Positions 10,342 to 22,648 are shown, numbered from the stretch's first letter. The stretch: DNA of 64,000 nucleotides from Callorhinchus milii (GCF_018977255.1 NW_024704743.1:2978001-3042000); one strand, 5' to 3'. Program-made: numbers and translations. The notes: generated from the sequence alone by a model not told the origin.

Positions 10342-12137
10342 CTGAAAAGCAAAGGGTTAAAGCCGCTAGAAAAATGACCCACTGAATGTGATGGGACCAC
10401 AGGTGCGTTAGCTGATGTTAATTGGTGGCTTTTGCTGATTCGCAGCTCTCAAGAGTTCGTTTGCCTCCGTCGGTATTTCTCTGTCCTGCAGGTTGTGGGT
10501 TCAGTAAAAATAAATAATCTTTGCATTTGATATACCACCTCATCGTGTCGTTGAGAGGTCTCAAAGCGCTTCACGGGATACACCGTAAAGTGCAGTGACT
10601 GCGCGTTTGGTGGGCGAAACGTGACGCCCAATTGGTGTCCCACAAACAGAGATGGTGAGTGACCGATTTGGATGGGGGTTGGGGGCTGGGGCGGTGGTAG
10701 GGGCGGGGGTTGGAGAGGGGAAGCGTGGGAAACGGGGAAGGAAAATTACAGGGGGAATAAAATGAAGGGAAATACTTCCAGCTTGCGAAATTGCCTCTTT
10801 AACAGGAGAGTCGGTGGCGTGACTCGCGCGCGGCCAGTGATTTATTTTAATGGCATTCCCTGCGTCTGTTCAGCCTGCAAAGCCCCTGCTCCGTTCCCCA
10901 GTCTAATATCTAACGGTGTGAAATCCCTGGCCCTGTCCTGGAGGTAAATGTGTTCCTCATATTAGAATGAATAAAGTTTCCCGCAGAGGCCAAGGGGAGA
11001 AACTGTGGCTTTGAGGTTTAATAGCCGAGAGAGATTATTACAGTTAATCCATGCTTGTCTGCACGGAGAGCTCAGCGGGTACCGATCGGCTCCCCATGTG
11101 CAAGGCTAGACACTATTAACGTAACGCTTCCTGTTCCCACCATCACTGGGCTGTGAATTCGCTGCCTCTCATCGGCTCTCACCCCCCACCCCCAACCCCC
11201 CCCCCACCCCCGCACGCATCATCCGTCCTTCAGATGAGACGTTAAACCGAGGCCCCGTCTGTGTTCAGGTGGATGTGAAAGATCTCGCGGTGCAATCGGA
11301 AGAGAGAGGGGAGTTTTCTTTCTCTGTGCCCTACCTGAGACGATAAAATTGGTCGCTCACTCTGTGGCTGTTTGTGGGACGCTGCCGTGTGCGATTGGCT
11401 GCCACGCTTCACCCACAAAAAATACACGGTCAATCCAGTTTACAGCATATCCCGTGAAGCACTTTTGAGCCATCTGAATGACGTGATAAGGCGCTATATC
11501 AAAGATTATTATTATTATAATGTTTCAGGCTCTGGCTTCAAGTCAAGACATCTCAAAGCGCTTCATAGGATTTTCTATAAAGCAATAGAGACTGTGTATT
11601 TTGTAGGCAAACTTGACAGGCAATTTCCGCACAGCAACGTCCCGCAAACAGCCAAGAAGTGATTGAATGATTTTAACTGGGGGGTTGTTGACCAGGACAC
11701 CGGGGCAGAGAGAAACTCTCTTCCCTTTTCTGATAGCGCCGCGGGATCTTTGACTTCCACCTGAACAGGCACATCCTCAGCTTAAAATTCGCACGCAGGA
11801 CGGCACCTTTGAGAATGAGCGCTCCCCCCAGTACTGCACTGGAGCATCAGCCTGGAATGTGAGCTCAAAGTACCCAACGTGGGGCTTGAACCCACAATTT
11901 TTTGACTCAGAGACGAGAGCGCTACCAACTGAGCCAGGCTCCAAAAGCAAACTGTGCATTTTTTGCTGGTTGGACTCCAGCAGGTACTCCAACCCATACT
12001 CTGGGTTCCCCAAGCCTTGGCTCTCGCCAACCTGCACCTATTACTCTCTGGAATTAGGTAAGCAGCGTGTGTGTCCCTGGGGAGAGAGAGCTCTCAATTA
12101 GAATGGATTTTAAGCTCAGTAACGGGGTTCCATGTAC

Positions 12138-12605
12138 GTCAGACACCCGGCTGATCACCGTGATGGGTTTCCCAGCGTGTCAGACACCCGGCTGATCACC
12201 GTGATGGGTTTCCCAGTGTGTCAGACACCCGGCTGATCACAGTGATGGGTTTCCCAGTGTGTCAGACACTCAGCTGATCACCGTGATGGGTTTCCCAGTG
12301 TGTCAGACACCCGGCTGATCACAGTGATGGGTTTCCCAGTGTGTCAGACACCCGGCTGATCACCGTGATGGGTTTCCCAGTGTGTCAGACACCCGGCTGA
12401 TCACCGTGATGGGTTTTCCAGTGTGTCAGACACCCGGCTGATCACTGTGATGGGTTTCCCAGTGTGTCAGACACCCGGCTGATCACAGTGATGGGTTTCC
12501 CAGTGTGTCAGACACGCGGCTGATCACCGTGATGGGTTTCCCAGTGTGTCAGACACCCGGCTGATCACCGTGAAGGGTTTCCCAGTGTGTCAGATACTTG
12601 GCTGA
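12138..12605. repeat. 41-bp minisatellite, about 11 units
   Basis: Unit gtcagacacccggctgatcaccgtgatgggtttcccagtgt at 12138, 12179, ... Confidence 0.97.
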
Positions 12606-13199
12606 AAGGTTATTTCGCAGTAGTGCAGTGTCACCCAGTGGCAAACTATTGTCCCTGCAATTCACAACAACGTTATCCTTTTCTGGTGAGGAGTGGTCAA
12701 ATAACCTAATCCAATGTGAAAGGCGCTATATAACTGCAGACTGTGTTATACAGTAAATTATAAATCGTATAATCTTTTAAGTCGTACATTCACACAAAGT
12801 CTCATTCGGTTTCCCATCAAAACCACTTAGGCTTCTTTGCACGAGTCTTTCAATCACCTCCTGACTTGTGACTCCGCTCCCCTATCCTCCATTACTCCCA
12901 CACTTACCGGCTGCCTTGAGTAGCATTTGCCGGTTAGTGCGCATGTGGTGGCGGGTCAAGACACATTGAATCGTAGGAAACATAGTCTTGACCCATCACA
13001 GCATGAGCCCTAACCAGCTGCATTATTGTAAATTATTGATTAAATCGGATTATATACGACTTATACAGTTTTTGCCTGTAACTCAGACTTCGGGTAAGAT
13101 ATATTATATGTTAAAGGACTGATATGACTGGCGTGAGTTTTACTGTATTTACTGCCGGACTCTGCTCCCCTGTGATGTCCACAACAGCCTCATACTCAC

Positions 13200-13253
13200 A
13201 GGCTCTCCCACAGCTCCTTTATCACCTTTATCACCTTTCTCTCCCTCCGCACC
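13200..13253 (-). CDS. COL22A1: COL22A1 Gly-X-Y exon (GAEGEKGDKGDKGAVGEP)
   Basis: 54 nt, cag/gtgagt. Confidence 0.92.
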
Positions 13254-13292
13254 CTGCAACGAATAACACGCTCAAGTCATTCAACTCCAACA

Positions 13293-13552
13293 GTGTGCGT
13301 CAGCCAGGCTCGGTGTGTGTATCAGCTCGGCTCGGTGTGCGTCAACCAGGCTCGGTGTGCGTCAGCCAGGCTCGGTGTGCGTCAGCCAGGCTCGGTGTGT
13401 GTATCAGCTCGGCTCGGTGTGCGTCAGCCAGGCTCGGTGTGTGCATGTGTCAACCCGGTTCAGTGTGCGTGTGTCAGCCCGGCTCAGCGTGTGTGTCAGC
13501 CCGGGTCAGCGTGTGTGTCAGCCCGGCTCAGCGTGTGTGTCAGCCCGGCTCA
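13293..13552. repeat. 20-22 bp minisatellite (gtcagccaggctcggtgtgc type)
   Basis: Tandem units visible directly. Confidence 0.95.
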
Positions 13553-13695
13553 ATGGATGGATCAGTGTGGGTTCCCCCATTGCGTCTGCGCTGGTGTTCG
13601 TTCCCCCACTTGTACTCTCTACTCTATTCCCATTCCTTGATCTCTCTCTCTCCACATCGTGACCTTGATGGTGCAGTCTGTAAATATAAACATAC

Positions 13696-13725
13696 CGGAA
13701 AGCCAGGTAGTATGGGACCATCCGC
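13696..13725 (-). CDS. COL22A1: COL22A1 interruption exon (ADGPILPGFP)
   Basis: 30 nt, tttcag/gtatgt, phase 0, at the expected interruption. Confidence 0.75.
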
Positions 13726-13894
13726 CTGAAACAAACACACAAAATAAGAGTCAAATGTAGCTCTCATTAATGTGGTAAAAACATGACGGATTTGGGGTTA
13801 AGTGATTTTGGGACGTCCCATTTGCTCACGAAACCCATTCCATCACGATTTTAAACAATAATAAAAAGAATTACTGCATTTGCATTTGATAACA

Positions 13895-14460
13895 ACGACA
13901 AAAAACATTTGGATGGCGCCTACACATCAGGAGGACGTCCCAAAGCGCTGGACATTCAGGGATTTGGACCCGAGCTGGGGTTTCGGATCAGGAGGGGTAG
14001 AGGGCAGGGAAGGTAGGGGTAGGAGGCTGACTGAAGGTGCGGTCGTGGAGGAGGGTCTTGAGACACGCTTTGAAGGAGACAAGGCAAGGAGCAAGCCGAA
14101 GGGTCTGGGAGATGGAGTTTCAAAGGATGGGGGCAGAGAGACTGAAAGCCCGACCGCCAATGGTAGGGTGGGCTGGGCGGGGAACGTGGAACAGGAGGGA
14201 GTGGACAGGTCTATATAATGTTAGCAGGTCGCGGAGGTAGGAAGGAGCAAGCCTGTGGAGGGCTTTGAAGGCGAGGACAAGGACGAGGATTTTGAACTCT
14301 ATCCTCTGGGGTACGGGGAGCCAGTGGAGCCGGGCGAGGGCGGGGGCGATAGGGTCACGGAGCCTGGCGCGGGAAGAGGACACGAGCTGCAGAGTTCTGA
14401 ATGTTCTGCAACTTGTGGAGGGAAGAGCTGAGAAGGCCGACAAGAAGGGAGTCACAGTCT
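13895..14460 (-). mobile_element. L2-clade LINE 3' fragment
   Basis: LQLV...ARL...IAPALARLHWLPVPQRIEFKILVL...LAPSYLRDLL...GGRAFS is the typical L2 ORF2 C-terminus; similar pieces at 8620-8945, 16830-17125, 24050-24470, 29570-29990, 59640-60110. Confidence 0.88.
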
Positions 14461-14834
14461 ATATATTCTAACGTGAATTGACCGTGTATTTTGTGCGCAA
14501 AACACGGCAGCCAATTGTACACAGTCGTGGATTGAATGACCAACATTTTGGGGGGGAGGAGGGATTATTACCCCCAGAAAGTGTTTCACCAATCGGTAGT
14601 AAGTAGTTATTTATTGCAAAGTGGTTTGGGTGTGTGTTTTGTGGGCGAATTTGGGATGTTTTTCTGTGATGGAATGAGATGTGCTCCGAAATTCCAACCA
14701 ATCTACAAACCCCCAAACTGGAAGGGGGCAGTAGGGGGTTGGGGCGTGGTGGGGGGGTGGGGGGGTGGTGGGTGACCGTCACCTGAAAAATCACACAAAG
14801 AAGTGCCCGCTCGGCGTGCGGAGCAGCCACTCAC

Positions 14835-14876
14835 CGTGCCTGGTAAGCCTGGTTGTCCCGGAGCTCCCACCTCGCC
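14835..14876 (-). CDS. COL22A1: COL22A1 Gly-X-Y exon (GEVGAPGQPGLPGT)
   Basis: 42 nt, tag/gtgagt. Confidence 0.92.
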
Positions 14877-15201
14877 CTAGGAGAAGAAAGACAACAACCT
14901 ACTTTTACACGGAGACTGTCGCCCACGATAGCATCCGGGAGCGCTGCGTGGTGACGGAGGTGGACGCTGAGCGAGCGAGGTAGAGGCAGGGAGTTGCAGA
15001 GTTCAGTGGGTGAAGACGCGGCCACCAGAGGGTGGCGCGGAGGCAGGGGCGGTGGGGACGTACAGAGGTCCGTGTTAGCTGGATAAAGGGATCGGGTGGG
15101 GGTAGAGGAGTGGAGGATGTTGGGGTGTGAGGCTGAGGAGCTGGGGAGGGGGTAAGGGAGGGGGTGAATTCCGCTGCACTTTACGTTAGCAATCTCCCCA
15201 C

Positions 15202-15255
15202 CTTTTGACCCTTTTCGGACTCCGGGCCGATGGGACCCGACTCCCCCCGATCCCC
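15202..15255 (-). CDS. COL22A1: COL22A1 Gly-X-Y exon with Ser at a Gly position (GDRGESGPIGPESEKGQK)
   Basis: 54 nt, cag/gtgggg; fifth triplet starts with TCC. Confidence 0.85.
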
Positions 15256-15721
15256 CTGTCAAAACATCACAGGAGACGATAGGGAGAGATGGTTAGACAC
15301 GGGTTAGAAGAGGCGATACACCGGCTGAACCCCATCCCCTTTATATCACGCCCCTGTTAAACGCGGATCACTTTGGAAGACGGAAGCGCGGTCACTCTCC
15401 CGGCTTCCTCAGGAAGTGACCTCCTTAGACCGCGGTCATCCGGCCCCAATAGCCCATCAGCCCCGTCGCCAGCCGAATCAAGGGTGAAAGGATAACATGG
15501 CTGACGTCAGAGCACAGATGACATCGCTTCCCGACAGTCAGTCATCGCTTCAGCGTACGGGAAGCGACATCAGCAGCACTTGCAGGGTGTGCAGGAAGTG
15601 ATGCCAGCGACCACCCGATGATCCGTCGACGGGCGAGAGCTGCATGGGCGCGTGGCGTAGCCTCCGAGACTGATCCACGCCTCATTCGCACAGGCCGCCA
15701 CCCCCGCCACGCACCTCTTAC

Positions 15722-15784
15722 CTTCTCTCCTCCGACTCCCTTGGGGCCGGAGGCTCCGTCAAGCCCAGGAAGCCCGGATTCTCC
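15722..15784 (-). CDS. COL22A1: COL22A1 Gly-X-Y exon (GESGLPGLDGASGPKGVGGEK)
   Basis: 63 nt, cag/gtaaga. Confidence 0.92.
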
Positions 15785-16257
15785 CTGTGAAGACAGCACA
15801 TGGGCACAGGTCACTGGACACGAACCGCAAGGCACCACGTCAGGCCAGGGCACCAGTAACGTTGCCCCCTGCCTGGGTTTTAACTGGACTGACTGTGTGC
15901 TTTGACTTGCCTTGCCGGTTGCTGGCTTTTAAGTCTTTTAAGTTAAATGGCACGTATTATTTGCGGGACATTGCCGCGTGCAAACCGGCGGCCGAACGTT
16001 AGTCAGTTAGCGATACCCTCCGACTCGCTTCAGTATGATGAGGTGGGGATTACGATTATTATAAACACTATTTATCCCTTCATTAAACACAACTTCAGAC
16101 ACACCGAGGCAACCAGTCAAGAGGAGACGGGTTTAGAGTTGTAAAGGGGCAATTTTAGGACAGACACCAAGAAATGTTTCTTCACTTAAAACAGCAGCTT
16201 AATGCTGTTGTGGGGGGAACGGTGTGACACTGTGACCAGCGGTCGCTGTGTGCCTAC

Positions 16258-16302
16258 CTTCTGACCCACGGACCCCGCGACCCCTGATCTCCCCGGCTCT
16301 CC
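16258..16302 (-). CDS. COL22A1: COL22A1 Gly-X-Y exon (GEPGRSGVAGSVGQK)
   Basis: 45 nt, cag/gtaggc. Confidence 0.92.
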
Positions 16303-16332
16303 CTGTGAAAACAAGCAGAAAATAATTAATTA

Positions 16333-16732
16333 AGCCCGGCTCGGTGTGTGTATGTCAGCTCGGGTCCGTGTGTGTATGTCAGCCCGGGCCAGTGTGAGTA
16401 TGTCAGCCCGGCTCGGTGTGTGTATGTCAGCCCGGCTCGGTGTGTGTATGTCAGCCCGGCTCGGTGTGTGTATGTCAGCCCGGGTCCGTGTGTGTATGTC
16501 AGCCCGGGTCCGTGTGTGTATGTCAGCCCGGGTCCGTGTGTGTATGTCAGCCCGGCTCGGTGTGTGTATGTCAGCCCGGCTCGGTGTGTGTATATCAGCC
16601 CGGCTCGGTGTGTGTATGTCAGCCCGGCTCGGTGTGAGTATGTCAGCCCAGCTCGGTGTGTGTATGTCAGCCCGGCTCGGTGTGTGTATGTCAGCCCAGC
16701 TCGGTGTGTGTATGTCAGCCCGGCTCAGTGTG
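16333..16732. repeat. 24-bp minisatellite (gtcagcccggctcggtgtgtgtat)
   Basis: About 16 tandem units. Confidence 0.97.
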
Positions 16733-17258
16733 CGAACACTCTGGAACACTCTTCCCCCAATCCCTGCGCCTTGCTCCCTCTCCCCTCTTTCAACTCCCAC
16801 GTGAAAATTTTCCTCTTTGACCGTGCTTACGGCCACCAAGGGAGAGGGCGAGGTGGAGATGGAGGGATGGAGTTCCAGAGGGTGGGGACAGAAAGGCCGA
16901 AGGTCTGACCATTGATGATGAAACAGGCAGGGAGGGGGATGTGGAGCAGTCCAGTGACGGCCGAGTGGATGGAATGGGCAAGTTGGTGAAGTTTTAATAG
17001 GTTGTAGAGATAGGGAGGAGCAAGACTATCGAGGGCCTTGAAGGTGAGGGCAAGGATCTTGAACTGTATCCTCTGAGTGATGGGGAGCCAGCGGAGCTGG
17101 GCGAGGACGGGGTGGGTAATCGGCTCACAAGGAGAGGACATTATAGCGTTACCCTACGTGAAGGTTCCTGTACGAATGTAAGTCATTGTGGTTTTGTTAT
17201 AACAATGCCTCACAATATTCCAGTCCATTAATGAGGTGACCTGCAGTTTTCCTCCTAC

Positions 17259-17312
17259 CTTCCTTCCAGGTATTCCCGGGAATCCGTCTTGTCCCCTTTC
17301 TCCGGCTTCTCC
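17259..17312 (-). CDS. COL22A1: COL22A1 Gly-X-Y exon (GEAGERGQDGFPGIPGRK)
   Basis: 54 nt, cag/gtagga. Confidence 0.93.
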
Positions 17313-18221
17313 CTGGGTTGAGCCAAAGGTGGAAAGAGGGAGTGAAAGGCGGGTCACGTAGTGTCCGGACCAGGTTTTATTATTGTCCAATTCCAAAAAA
17401 AAAAGGTCGAGCTCTGAATGTCCCATGCACCGCAAAAAAATCCAATGGTTTGCAAAACTCCACCGCCTCCTTCCATCACCCGCATCAAACCTCGCACCCC
17501 ACCTCGCCCCAGTCCTCACCGGGTTCAACTGTCTCCCTGCCTCCCAGTACAATACAAAATTACATTTATAAAGTGCCTTTCATGTTGGGAGGAGGTCCCA
17601 AGGCGCTGAGCAGTGATTAGGATTAGTCAGGGATTAGGACCCGAGCGTGGGAGGCGGGGGGGAGGATTGGGATCAGGGAGGCTGGAGGGCAGAGAGGGTC
17701 TAAGTTTGGCTTCAGGGGTATGGTGATGGTGAGAGAGGAAGGGGGTGGGGGGGGGGAGACGGGTTTGAAGGTGTGGAGGGAGGGGTGCGTGGGGTTCGGA
17801 GTGCGAGGGAGAGATGGGGAGAGGGTGGCGGTTGGGTGGGCGGCGGGGGCTGAACGGATCCCCTCAATTTTTGGTCTTGAAGAAATCCAGCAACTCCTCG
17901 GAGTTGGAGTTGGAGGAGGATGGGAGAGGCATGAGAGGGTGGAACGAGGAGCTGATTGGTCGTGAAGAAGAAGCCTGGAGTTGTCCTTGGCCTCAAAGAT
18001 TATCTTGGAGTAGATCGAAAAGCTCCTCACTCTCACTTACAAACCCCCATCACGCCTCCAGCAACTCCCTAGCTTTGCTGTAATGGAGTAACGAAGGGTT
18101 GATGGCTGGGAGTGATGGGGGGGTTAAAGTCCCAATTTCCTGCAGTGTCTCACCACTCCCGTGGCTGGAAGACAGAGTGGTTGAAGCAGGACACTGGGAC
18201 TCATTTAAATAAACAGCTCAA

Positions 18222-18456
18222 TGCCTCCTCCCTTTCCTCCTTCAAGGCCGGTCTCAGGACCTTTCTCTTTGACCGTGCCTTCAGCTCCCCTCTCGACTCT
18301 CTACCCCCTCCTCGCTCCCTCCCTTCCCTCCCCTCACCCTGACCATTTCCCCCCCAATGCTCGGGTCCTGACCCAACTGTACAGCGCCTTGGGACGTCCT
18401 CCCGACGTGAAAGGCGCTCTATAAATGGAACCTTGTTGTTATTGTTGTTGTTGTTG
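18222..18456 (+). mobile_element. Young L2 3' UTR copy
   Basis: Near-identical reverse complement of 56108-56340. Confidence 0.85.
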
Positions 18457-18769
18457 AATGGGGGGGGGGGGGGAGATGGTGGGGTGAGCGTTCCGGAGGG
18501 CCGAAGTGTTTTCTTCACCGAATCAATGGTATGGTTGTTAGCACACGGGCATAGTTGGGGGTGGGAGGGAGGAAAAGGAAAGGGAAGGTAAGATGTATTG
18601 GAGGAATCTTTTGAGAAACTGTCTGGACACCCCAATGCTCCACTGCCGGCTGAACGTGTTATTATATAGTAGACAACAAGCACACAAAACCAGAGCAGCG
18701 AGTGAGACATTCGCCCATCCATTTTCCAGTTTTACGTAAAGAGACGTCTATCTCAAGTCAGTCACTAAC

Positions 18770-18823
18770 CTTGCCTCCTGGAATCCCAAGCAAACCATGA
18801 TTCCCGTCCGCCCCTGGGGAGCC
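18770..18823 (-). CDS. COL22A1: COL22A1 Gly-X-Y exon (GSPGADGNHGLLGIPGGK)
   Basis: 54 nt, cag/gttagt. Confidence 0.92.
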
Positions 18824-19541
18824 CTGAAGGAAGAAGGCAGAGGTTAATCCCGAGGACAGAAGATCACAAGATTAGGTCAGGTTAAGGTTAAGAAGATCCT
18901 TCAACCGAAACCTATGTCTGAGGTGACGTCCCTTCGGAAGAGACCTTAAACGGAGGTCCTGTTCAAGCGGATGTCAAAAATCACATGGCACTGCTCGAAA
19001 AGAGACGGGAGTTTCTCTCTCCCCCGTCAAACAAAATCGGTCACTCGCATGTTTGCGGGACCTTGTTATGTGCCAACCGGCTGCTGCACTTCGCCCCTAA
19101 AATACATGTCCTGCAAAGCGTTTTGAGGTGTCTCAATGCCGTGATAAGGTGCTATATCGAACGCAAGAATATTATTATTTTTATTATGTGAACAAGAACA
19201 ACAGCTTGATTTACAAAGAATCCTTCGGGCTGGGCAGAGTCTCGGAGCGCTTAAAAGTGGAGCATTGCGATGCCGAGCCGGAAGCAGAGGGAGGCGACCA
19301 TAGAACTAAGGAAGTTTTATTATTATTATAATAATAATAACGATAATAACCCTTGCAATCGATAAAGTGCTGAGATATCTTAAAGCACTTTACAGAGATT
19401 TTATTTAACTTTTTTTTTGGTCAGCCGTGTGTCTGACACATGCGGAAACCCTCCACCGTTGCGTAAGGATCTCCAAACCGAACTGAGAATTCCACGTCTC
19501 CCACCTACACATGGAAATCCCAGAGATAGGTTGTTGGAATG

Positions 19542-19586
<45 letters not shown>

Positions 19587-20222
19587 GGAGGGACCCATCC
19601 CGCTTCCCTAATCCCAGAAAGTATTAGGCGCAGGTTGGCGAGAGCCAAGGCTTGGGGACCCCAGAGTCTGCGTTGGGGTAACTGCTGGAGTCCAACCAGC
19701 AAAAAAAACACAGCTTGATTTGGTTTAGATGTAGTGACTGCGTATTTATAAACAAAAGCAGAGTCGAAATTGCTCCATGTAATTTCAAGAGAACGGACAA
19801 TATTTACTGTTGGCCAGGTCACCAGGAGAGAGAAACTCCCTCCTCTTCTCCCGAGAGCGCCGAGGGATCTTTAACGTCCACCGGAACAGGAAAAAATAGG
19901 AGGGCAACAACTTGTATAAGCCGTCTACATGCGAGGTAGCATCTCAGAGCATCAGTGACCTCAATTTAATGTCTCACCCGAAGGACAGCACCTCCAACAA
20001 TATAGTGCTCCCCCAGCACTGCACTGGAGCGTAGGTGGACTGTGGGAGCAGCCTATGGTTGAATTAATTATTCTGAAAAAATGTTTCTTCATCCATTAAA
20101 TCTGGTCTGCGAGCTATACAACACGCACCGCGTCTCACCGCACTCCACCCCACCCCACCCCACCGCACCCTACCCCATCACATGACACCGCACCGCACCA
20201 CACCGCGTGTGCCATTCCTTAC

Positions 20223-20276
20223 CGGTTCTCCCACTAGTCCTGGTTTTCCTGGCAATCCAATTTCACCGGGCAAACC
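20223..20276 (-). CDS. COL22A1: COL22A1 Gly-X-Y exon (GLPGEIGLPGKPGLVGEP)
   Basis: 54 nt, cag/gtaagg. Confidence 0.94.
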
Positions 20277-20919
20277 CTGAGAAATAAAACAGCAAACAGC
20301 ATCATTGGCAGCAAGCTTTAAGATCTATCTTTTTGACCATGCTTTCAACCATCCTCTCCTCAGCCACCTTCCCCCCCCCCCCCCCCACTCCACCATAACT
20401 TGCAGGTCCTGAAATTGTCATTCACACTGGACGCTGTGTTTCTACTGTTTGGTTTGCCTTTCTGGGCCTCGGAGATTGTGGAATGGTTTGCTATGATTCT
20501 TTTTTTTGTCACTTGTTCTTTTTGTCAGATGTTCTATCGAGCAGCTTGGGACTGTCTACCTGAGGTCCTCTTTGGGGTTGAATTGGCTCCAAGGTGACAT
20601 ATTTGGCACAGGAATGTCGGAATCGAGCCAGCCCTCCGCTGACAGTACAGGTCCAGCCTCAGTCATTGGCAGGACCTGGAAGGGCAGACCAGTCACTGGG
20701 AGCAGGGAATCATCCCACTCTGCTCCTGTTAACCCTGTGACCAAAGCCCTGATCGTCCTAGCTGGACAAACACCCGGAAAGCTTGCCAGACAGCGCTCTC
20801 AATGGAAAGCTATGCAGGTTTAGCTGGTTAGACTCCAGCAGTTACCCTAACGAACACTCTGAGCTTCCCAAGCCTTGGCTCTCGCCAACCCGTGCCTAAT
20901 ACTCTCCGTAAACTCTCAC

Positions 20920-20973
20920 CTGCTCGCCTGGAGATCCCGGGGGCCCGGCAACGTCGGATTGTCCTTCAGCTCC
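20920..20973 (-). CDS. COL22A1: COL22A1 Gly-X-Y exon with Asp at a Gly position (GAEGQSDVAGPPGSPGEQ)
   Basis: 54 nt, tag/gtgaga; third triplet starts with GAC. Confidence 0.9.
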
Positions 20974-21430
20974 CTACAAAGAGGAGGATCTGATTAACCG
21001 ATGACCTTGACCAAATCTTAGTGCTTCACAATACAGTTTGCACAGTCGGGGGGGAGAGACCCGAAGCGCTTGATGGTTCTGGCTGGGAACCCGAGTTCAG
21101 GTGAGTCTTGTTGTAAGCATTGGTCAGTAGAGGGAGACATTTCCCCACTCAGATTGAGCTTCGAGCACCAGTTGGTGACGTCTCACAATTAACACACGTT
21201 GTTTAGCCTGAAAACAATTAGAAATATTCCCAGGGATTAAATATTCATCAGGGTATTGGATATTTGACGGAAAATAATGTGAATGGGAAAGCGCAGGGAA
21301 TGGGATTAGAGTAGAGAGCTCCGGTAGGGGAGCGAGACCAGCACAGACACCATGGGGGAGAGAGAGCAGAGTGTCTGTGTGTCACCGTGTCCGTGCATCT
21401 GAAAGAAGGAAGACAGGACGTGTTACTCAC

Positions 21431-21484
21431 CGGAGGGCCAACTCCGCCCTGAGCCCCTGGCAGCCCTGGGTCACCCTTCCTGCC
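21431..21484 (-). CDS. COL22A1: COL22A1 Gly-X-Y exon (GRKGDPGLPGAQGGVGPP)
   Basis: 54 nt, tag/gtgagt. Confidence 0.93.
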
Positions 21485-22294
21485 CTAGAGAACGTGAGAC
21501 ACAGATGGAGGGCGTTAAAAATTGACAGCAATAATATGACAGAAAATCATTCTCCAGAAAAAAAAAACAGCGAGAGACGCCAGGAGCATTTGGATTACAC
21601 AGAACGTTATCAGGGTCCAGGCGCTGAAGTCACGGTTGCTTTACAAAAGAGGTTTAGAACAACATCAACAAAAACAACAATTTGCACTCAAACACCGTTC
21701 ACGTGCAGAAGTCTCAAAGCACTTTACAGGCAGCGTGGAGTCCGGTAGCTCGGTGGTTAGAGCGCTCGCCTTGCAAGCGAGAGACCTGGGTTCAATTCCC
21801 GGCAGGGCGAAACCTTGGGCAATTTTCCTTACTCCGCACACCTGATAATAATCCCTCAAGACCTACCTCTTTGACCTATGGCCGCCTCCCCCTCTCCCTT
21901 CCTCGGCCACTGTTCAGCGCTCCCAGAAGCTACCTTGAGCGATATAAATGCAAGTTGTTGTGGTTGTGTACATGGCGTGGAAATAAATATTTGATGCAGA
22001 AATTACTTGATTATTTTGCCCACCTGAATCTATTTGGTTAAGAGTTAAGGAGCAAAAGGGGAGGTGTTACGCTGCTGGGTATATACTATAGGCCACCAAA
22101 TAGTAGGAACGAGCAAATCTACAAGTAAATTTCAGAAAGATGTAAAAACAATGGAGTAGTGGTAATGGGGGACTTCAATTATCCAGTGATAGACTGGGGG
22201 GAGGAAACAGTGTAAGGGGTAAGAAGGGGGAAGAATTCCTGAAATGTGCACAGGAGAATCAAGTAGATTACAGAAAGTGGAATTGGATATGTGA

Positions 22295-22512
22295 AAACCC
22301 ATCACCGAGATCAGCCGAGTGACTGACACACACAGAAACCCATCACCGAGATCAGCCGAGTGACTGACACACACAGAAACCCATCACTGAGATCAGCCGA
22401 GTGACTGACACACACAGAATCCCATCACCGAGATCAGCCGAGTGACTGACACACACAGAAACCCATCACCGAGATCAGCCGAGTGACTGACACACACAGA
22501 AACCCATCACAG
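22295..22512. repeat. 41-bp minisatellite, about 5 units, opposite orientation to the 12138 array
   Basis: Unit aaacccatcaccgagatcagccgagtgactgacacacacag at 22295, 22336, ... Confidence 0.95.
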
Positions 22513-22648
22513 TGCTCAAGGGTCTCCAAACTCGACTGAGGGTTCACATATGTATGTCACCCTACACGTGGAAACTCCCTTGACTGTGATGGAAAGCATA
22601 CGCTTCTCTCTCTCTCTCTCTCTGGTTAATAATGAAATCATTACTTAC

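Noticed and set aside
12138..12605. CRISPR-like regular repeat
   Set aside because: Head-to-tail units with no unique spacers, in a vertebrate intron; it is a minisatellite
21735..21810. tRNA-Ala-like cloverleaf (also at 33985, 26176 and others)
   Set aside because: Continues into a SINE body without a proper acceptor stem or T-run terminator; these are SINE heads, not tRNA genes
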